A stretch of 64,000 nucleotides of DNA, taken from a virus (lineage: Duplodnaviria > Caudoviricetes). A program made the position numbers and the translations under genes. This document shows, one piece after another, positions 60,551-64,000 of this stretch. The notes beneath the pieces are model-generated. The model was not told the origin of the DNA and ran no database searches. It saw only the letters and a program-made list of their open reading frames with translations. The DNA is taken from the IMG/VR virus record IMGVR_UViG_3300032319_001025, positions 80,014-144,013 of that record; one strand, written 5' to 3'. The stretch's first letter is position 1; each line of letters begins with the position of its first letter.

Positions 60551-61960
60551 ATGGATCTAGTAAAAACACTAGAAAGTCTAGTTAAGACGCTAGAAGCTGG
60601 TAATTATAATGCCGCTCCTAGTAACTTAGTCCAAGGTTCTGCATTGCAGATGGAAGATCTTTCCCCTGTTATGCATAACGTATGCTGGGACGATAGCCAT
60701 ATTAAACTGCAAAAACTTTTTTCAGTTAAAAAGGCAAAATCGATTCTGGTTCAATTCAACCGTAAGCTGTCCTATGGACGTTTTGGTGGATCTGCAAGAC
60801 GCGAAGGATATGTAGGCGATGTGAAAACTGGCGACTACATCCGAGCAGTGGTGCCGATGTGCTTCTACTCTCAAGTTCGACGCGTTACGATTGCTGCTAA
60901 CATGGTTGATACCATGGACGGAATTAAAGCAGAAGATCGTGAAGCCGATAACGCAGCTATTGAATTAGCTGGGGATATCGAATTTGATATGTTTAAAGGA
61001 AAATCAAACTTCTCTAACGCTGGAGTGTTTGATGGTAATCCTTTAGCAATTCCTGAACTTCCAAACATGCTTGGTGTTGATGTTCAAGTTCGTCAATCTG
61101 ATGATCAATTGAATACTCAAGACCTTATGTTCCTAAGCTACGGCGGAAACCGATCAGTAGTCCTTTCTAAAAATGGACCTCTTGATCAACCGATCGTAGA
61201 AGATGCTGCTCTACGAAGCCGCATGAACCATGGTAAAGCAGAAATGCTATTTGTTGATCCAGTAGTTCTTTCTGGATATAACAAATCAGTTGCTCTTGGA
61301 ACTGGAGCTAATAGCTTGCAACGTATCGTTCTAGCTGGTTCCGCTCAAGATGCTTCTGGAGCTGACCTACGAAGACAATGGGTTTCTAACGGAACAGTTC
61401 AAATCGAAGATAGCCGATTCCTAAGCGGAAAAACTCAGCCAGACCGACCAAACATCGGTTCTCCTGCTACCCCTTCGATTGCTGTTCAACCTGTTGCTGG
61501 AGCGGGTGGAGCACTTCCTCCTGCTACCTATAAATATCTTATCACTGCTGTTAACGAGCGTGGTGAGTCTTTAGGTGCTCTAAGTAACTCTGCAACCTCG
61601 ATTGCTGGTGAAAAAATCACTCTAAGCATTGCACCGCAAGCTGGAGTTCTTTATTTCAGTGTTTACAGAGCTTCTGGAGCTTCTGTAGCAGCAGCAGATT
61701 GCAAATTCATCGGAAACGTAGCTCAAGCAGCTAGCGGTAACACCGTCTTCACAGACCTTGGAAACCGAAGCGAAGCTTTTGTTACTGGATACCTAGTACA
61801 AAAAGATTGCTGGGGAATTCATGAGTTAGCTTCTTACAGCCGATTGAAATTGGCTATCAGCGACTTGTCGCTACCTGAAGCTCACTTCCGATTCTTGACT
61901 CTTGCTGGTTATGAACCACGTAAGAACGTCTTGATCGATAATTTGACAGGTACTTTTTAA
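60551..61960 (+). CDS. Major capsid protein (SPO1/Twort-like) with an Ig/Fn3-like insertion
   Basis: N-terminal 'KTLEAG...GSALQMEDL', 'IEFDMFKG' and 'FDG'; insertion 'PATPSIA...TYKYLITAVNERGES'; follows the scaffold and precedes a strong terminator. Confidence 0.88.
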   Translation: MDLVKTLESLVKTLEAGNYNAAPSNLVQGSALQMEDLSPVMHNVCWDDSHIKLQKLFSVKKAKSILVQFNRKLSYGRFGGSARREGYVGDVKTGDYIRAVVPMCFYSQVRRVTIAANMVDTMDGIKAEDREADNAAIELAGDIEFDMFKGKSNFSNAGVFDGNPLAIPELPNMLGVDVQVRQSDDQLNTQDLMFLSYGGNRSVVLSKNGPLDQPIVEDAALRSRMNHGKAEMLFVDPVVLSGYNKSVALGTGANSLQRIVLAGSAQDASGADLRRQWVSNGTVQIEDSRFLSGKTQPDRPNIGSPATPSIAVQPVAGAGGALPPATYKYLITAVNERGESLGALSNSATSIAGEKITLSIAPQAGVLYFSVYRASGASVAAADCKFIGNVAQAASGNTVFTDLGNRSEAFVTGYLVQKDCWGIHELASYSRLKLAISDLSLPEAHFRFLTLAGYEPRKNVLIDNLTGTF

Positions 61961-61987
61961 TTAAAAATTAAATAGTATTAAATATTT

Positions 61988-62021
61988 AACCCCTGATTGG
62001 CTAAGCTAATCAGGGGTTTTT
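61988..62021 (+). terminator. Rho-independent terminator
   Basis: Hairpin AACCCCTGATTGGC-TAA-GCTAATCAGGGGTT followed by a T run. Confidence 0.9.
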
Positions 62022-62051
62022 ATTTGTCCTTTATTGTGGTATAATTAGCTT

Positions 62052-62426
62052 ATGAAAGTTTATACACAAGAGCAGGAACAAAAGATTTTAGAGCTTAAAA
62101 AAACCCTTACTACAAATTCAGATATCGTAAAAATAACTGGTGTTTCTCTTTCTACAGTTAAAAGAATACTAAGAAATAATGATATTCGTTTAACACCACA
62201 ACAAAGGCAAGAAAATGCTTATAAAGCGAAATTAACTAAAAATCCAAATGCTTTAGCCGAAATGCGCTCTAAAATAACAAAAGAAGGCAGGAAAAAACAA
62301 TCAGAAGGCTTAATACGTTCAACCATGGAGCGTTCTAAATCTGGAGAAATATCTAAACATTTTAAAAGAGTCTGGAAACAAATGAAATCCGATTCAGATT
62401 ATATTAAAAAATGGTTATTAGAATAA
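62052..62426 (+). CDS. HTH + NUMOD3-like DNA-binding protein (possible homing-endonuclease remnant)
   Basis: 'NSDIVKITGVSLSTVKRILRNNDI' and 'TKEGRKKQSEG'; no nuclease motif; TGGTATAAT just upstream. Confidence 0.5.
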   Translation: MKVYTQEQEQKILELKKTLTTNSDIVKITGVSLSTVKRILRNNDIRLTPQQRQENAYKAKLTKNPNALAEMRSKITKEGRKKQSEGLIRSTMERSKSGEISKHFKRVWKQMKSDSDYIKKWLLE

Positions 62427-62435
62427 GGTGCATAT

Positions 62436-62876
62436 ATGCCAAACATTAAAAAAGTAAATTGGTACGGATTAAATAACAAAAGAGTTAGTAAACGTTTTAA
62501 AACAGACTTAACTTATTGTAATGACTTTTGTGTTAACGGTGAATATGAACCAGTATCAGTTTATTACGATAAAAATCCAGATAGATCAAAAGGCCATAAA
62601 GATTATATTTTATTGTATGTTTCAAAACCCAATTTGATAATTAGAGGTATGGATAAAGAAGAGATTGAAAAGTTTAGATACCAAACAGCAATACATTGTA
62701 AAGAATGCGATACCGTACTTTATTCTGTAAATAGACATCATTTTAATAGCTGTGAATGCCCAAATCAAACATCTATAGATGGCGGCAAAGATTATACTAG
62801 ATGTTCAGCTAAAGACTTTACCAAAACAGAATACGTAACAATAGATTTATTGACCGATAAAATCGATAAAAATTAA
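62436..62876 (+). CDS. Zinc-binding hypothetical phage protein
   Basis: 'AIHCKECDTVLYS..RHHF.SCEC....IDGG.DY.R'. Confidence 0.6.
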   Translation: MPNIKKVNWYGLNNKRVSKRFKTDLTYCNDFCVNGEYEPVSVYYDKNPDRSKGHKDYILLYVSKPNLIIRGMDKEEIEKFRYQTAIHCKECDTVLYSVNRHHFNSCECPNQTSIDGGKDYTRCSAKDFTKTEYVTIDLLTDKIDKN

Positions 62877-63062
62877 TTTGTTCCAGTTTTTTCTAAAACG
62901 CTTATAAGCTCAGCAACTTCATCCTCGTTTAAATTAAATCTACCCATTAAAAATTCTTCATCAAAAAAACCGTACCCGTCAGTACAGCACTCTTCATCAA
63001 AAATAATTGATCGAATAATTTTATTTAAGTCTTTGTTTTCCATAAATCCTCCAGAGATATAA

Positions 63063-63413
63063 TTAAAAATTGTAATCAAAAAATTCCCGTCTAACCCCAA
63101 ATTTAATACCTTTACTACCCTTTGTAGGCTCTCCTTTAACCACCCATTTGCCATTTTTACGTAACGAAACTTCTATTATATGACCGTTACTATCGGATTC
63201 ATACGTGTATTCTTGCGCATAATTATTAGTACAATGTCCTGCAAAACCACCAGGTATAATATTTGGTTTAAAATTTGGATCTAAAGTAGACTTGTCTTTT
63301 TGTAAAAAGACTTTCTTTCCAGATTTAGATATTTTAATTACAGTGTAAGCAGAAGAATCAGAATATCCAAATACTGTAGCGCCCATTCCAATAATGATAT
63401 CATTATTTCCCAT
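63063..63413 (-). CDS. Conserved hypothetical phage protein
   Basis: 'GMGAT....SD...YTVI...LRKNGKW...G.R..FDYNF'; GAGG RBS upstream of the ATG at 63413. Confidence 0.55.
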   Translation of the reverse strand: MGNNDIIIGMGATVFGYSDSSAYTVIKISKSGKKVFLQKDKSTLDPNFKPNIIPGGFAGHCTNNYAQEYTYESDSNGHIIEVSLRKNGKWVVKGEPTKGSKGIKFGVRREFFDYNF

Positions 63414-63421
63414 AAAACACC

Positions 63422-63622
63422 TCAAGCAGCTTTGTTTTTGTTTCTGATTTCTTCAATAGTTACAGGAACATAATTGATTTTACCATATTGATTTTTTAAT
63501 TCATAAATATCTATTCCGCTTGTACCATTTACAGATACATCAATAGATAAAATTTCAAAAGTAAAGTAAGTATACATTCTATTATCTGATTTAGTTCTAA
63601 CTAGCCATTTTGGTGCTTCCAT
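63422..63622 (-). CDS. Hypothetical protein (start revised to MEAPKW)
   Basis: AGGAGG RBS directly upstream of the ATG at 63622. Confidence 0.5.
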   Translation of the reverse strand: MEAPKWLVRTKSDNRMYTYFTFEILSIDVSVNGTSGIDIYELKNQYGKINYVPVTIEEIRNKNKAA

Positions 63623-63641
63623 ATGCCCTCCTGATGATTCA

Positions 63642-63689
63642 ATAATATCAAATCTGAACTTTGATTCAATAACGCAAAGTTTATGCCAA
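63642..63689 (-). promoter_or_regulatory. Sigma54 -24/-12 site followed by a sigma70-like promoter
   Basis: TTGGCATAAACTTTGC-GTTA-TTGAAT-N16-TATTAT. Confidence 0.75.
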
Positions 63690-64000
63690 TTATTTTTATA
63701 AAAGGTTATTTGCTTAAATCTTTTAAAGCACATAACATTAAAAGAATTTGGTAACCTAATCCAAACATCAAACTAATTTGTATAAATGCTATCAAGTATT
63801 CTTTAAAATGAATAGATCCGACAGTAAAAAACATAACGCCAAGTATATGAATAAAATGTATTAGTATTTCTTTTTTTAGATTTTTACGTTGTATTTTAAT
63901 CAAATCTTCCATATGTTACTCCCATTACCAAGAAGACCTGTAGTAATAAAAACCGTCTGGTTTTAAACTGGATAATACTTCTACAGTTTCTTTTAGGTCA

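Noticed and set aside
416-61068. Many short antisense or overlapping ORFs in the track (e.g. 416-637, 3983-4210, 15213-15512, 38949-39404, 59587-59850)
   Set aside because: They are shadows of longer genes with recognisable motifs and have no independent signals.
62052-62426. Active homing endonuclease
   Set aside because: No HNH, GIY-YIG or PD-(D/E)xK motif is present; only DNA-binding-like segments are.
1-64000. tRNA/rRNA genes, integrase, transposase, introns/inteins, stop-codon reassignment
   Set aside because: None was recognised by eye. DnaE, helicase, TerL and RecA have ordinary lengths, and genes are intact under the standard code with TAA, TAG and TGA all used as stops. A tRNAscan/Infernal run would be needed to exclude small RNAs.

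Overview
This AT-rich window is about 64 kb of a large tailed dsDNA phage genome, probably a lytic myovirus of a Gram-negative host. It has four strand blocks. Block 1 (+, 1-10374) holds baseplate, tail-tube-like, tail-fibre/collar and M15 endolysin genes. Block 2 (-, 10365-44622) holds many small genes plus a replication/recombination set (DnaB-like helicase, primase, DnaE, RecA/UvsX, SSB, RuvC, SbcC, dUTPase) and accessory enzymes (S8 and M10 proteases, CYTH, pseudo-deformylase, GroEL, a PLP enzyme). Block 3 (+, 44720-62876) holds SF2 helicase, sigma factor, GroES, SbcD, terminase, MetAP, portal, prohead protease, scaffold and major capsid protein. Block 4 (-, 62873-end) holds small genes. 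The strongest observations are: (a) a plant-type TAA1/alliinase-family PLP enzyme; (b) a possible split sigma factor, where one ORF stops before region 4.2 and a separate small ORF resembles the missing HTH, together with a candidate single-box late promoter CTTAATCT; (c) three sigma54 (-24/-12) sites, each in fixed register just upstream of a sigma70-like promoter; (d) a copy of the capsid N-terminal motif inside the prohead protease; (e) a recent microhomology-flanked templated insertion that created a chimeric membrane gene. All family calls come from motifs recognised by eye; no database search was run.
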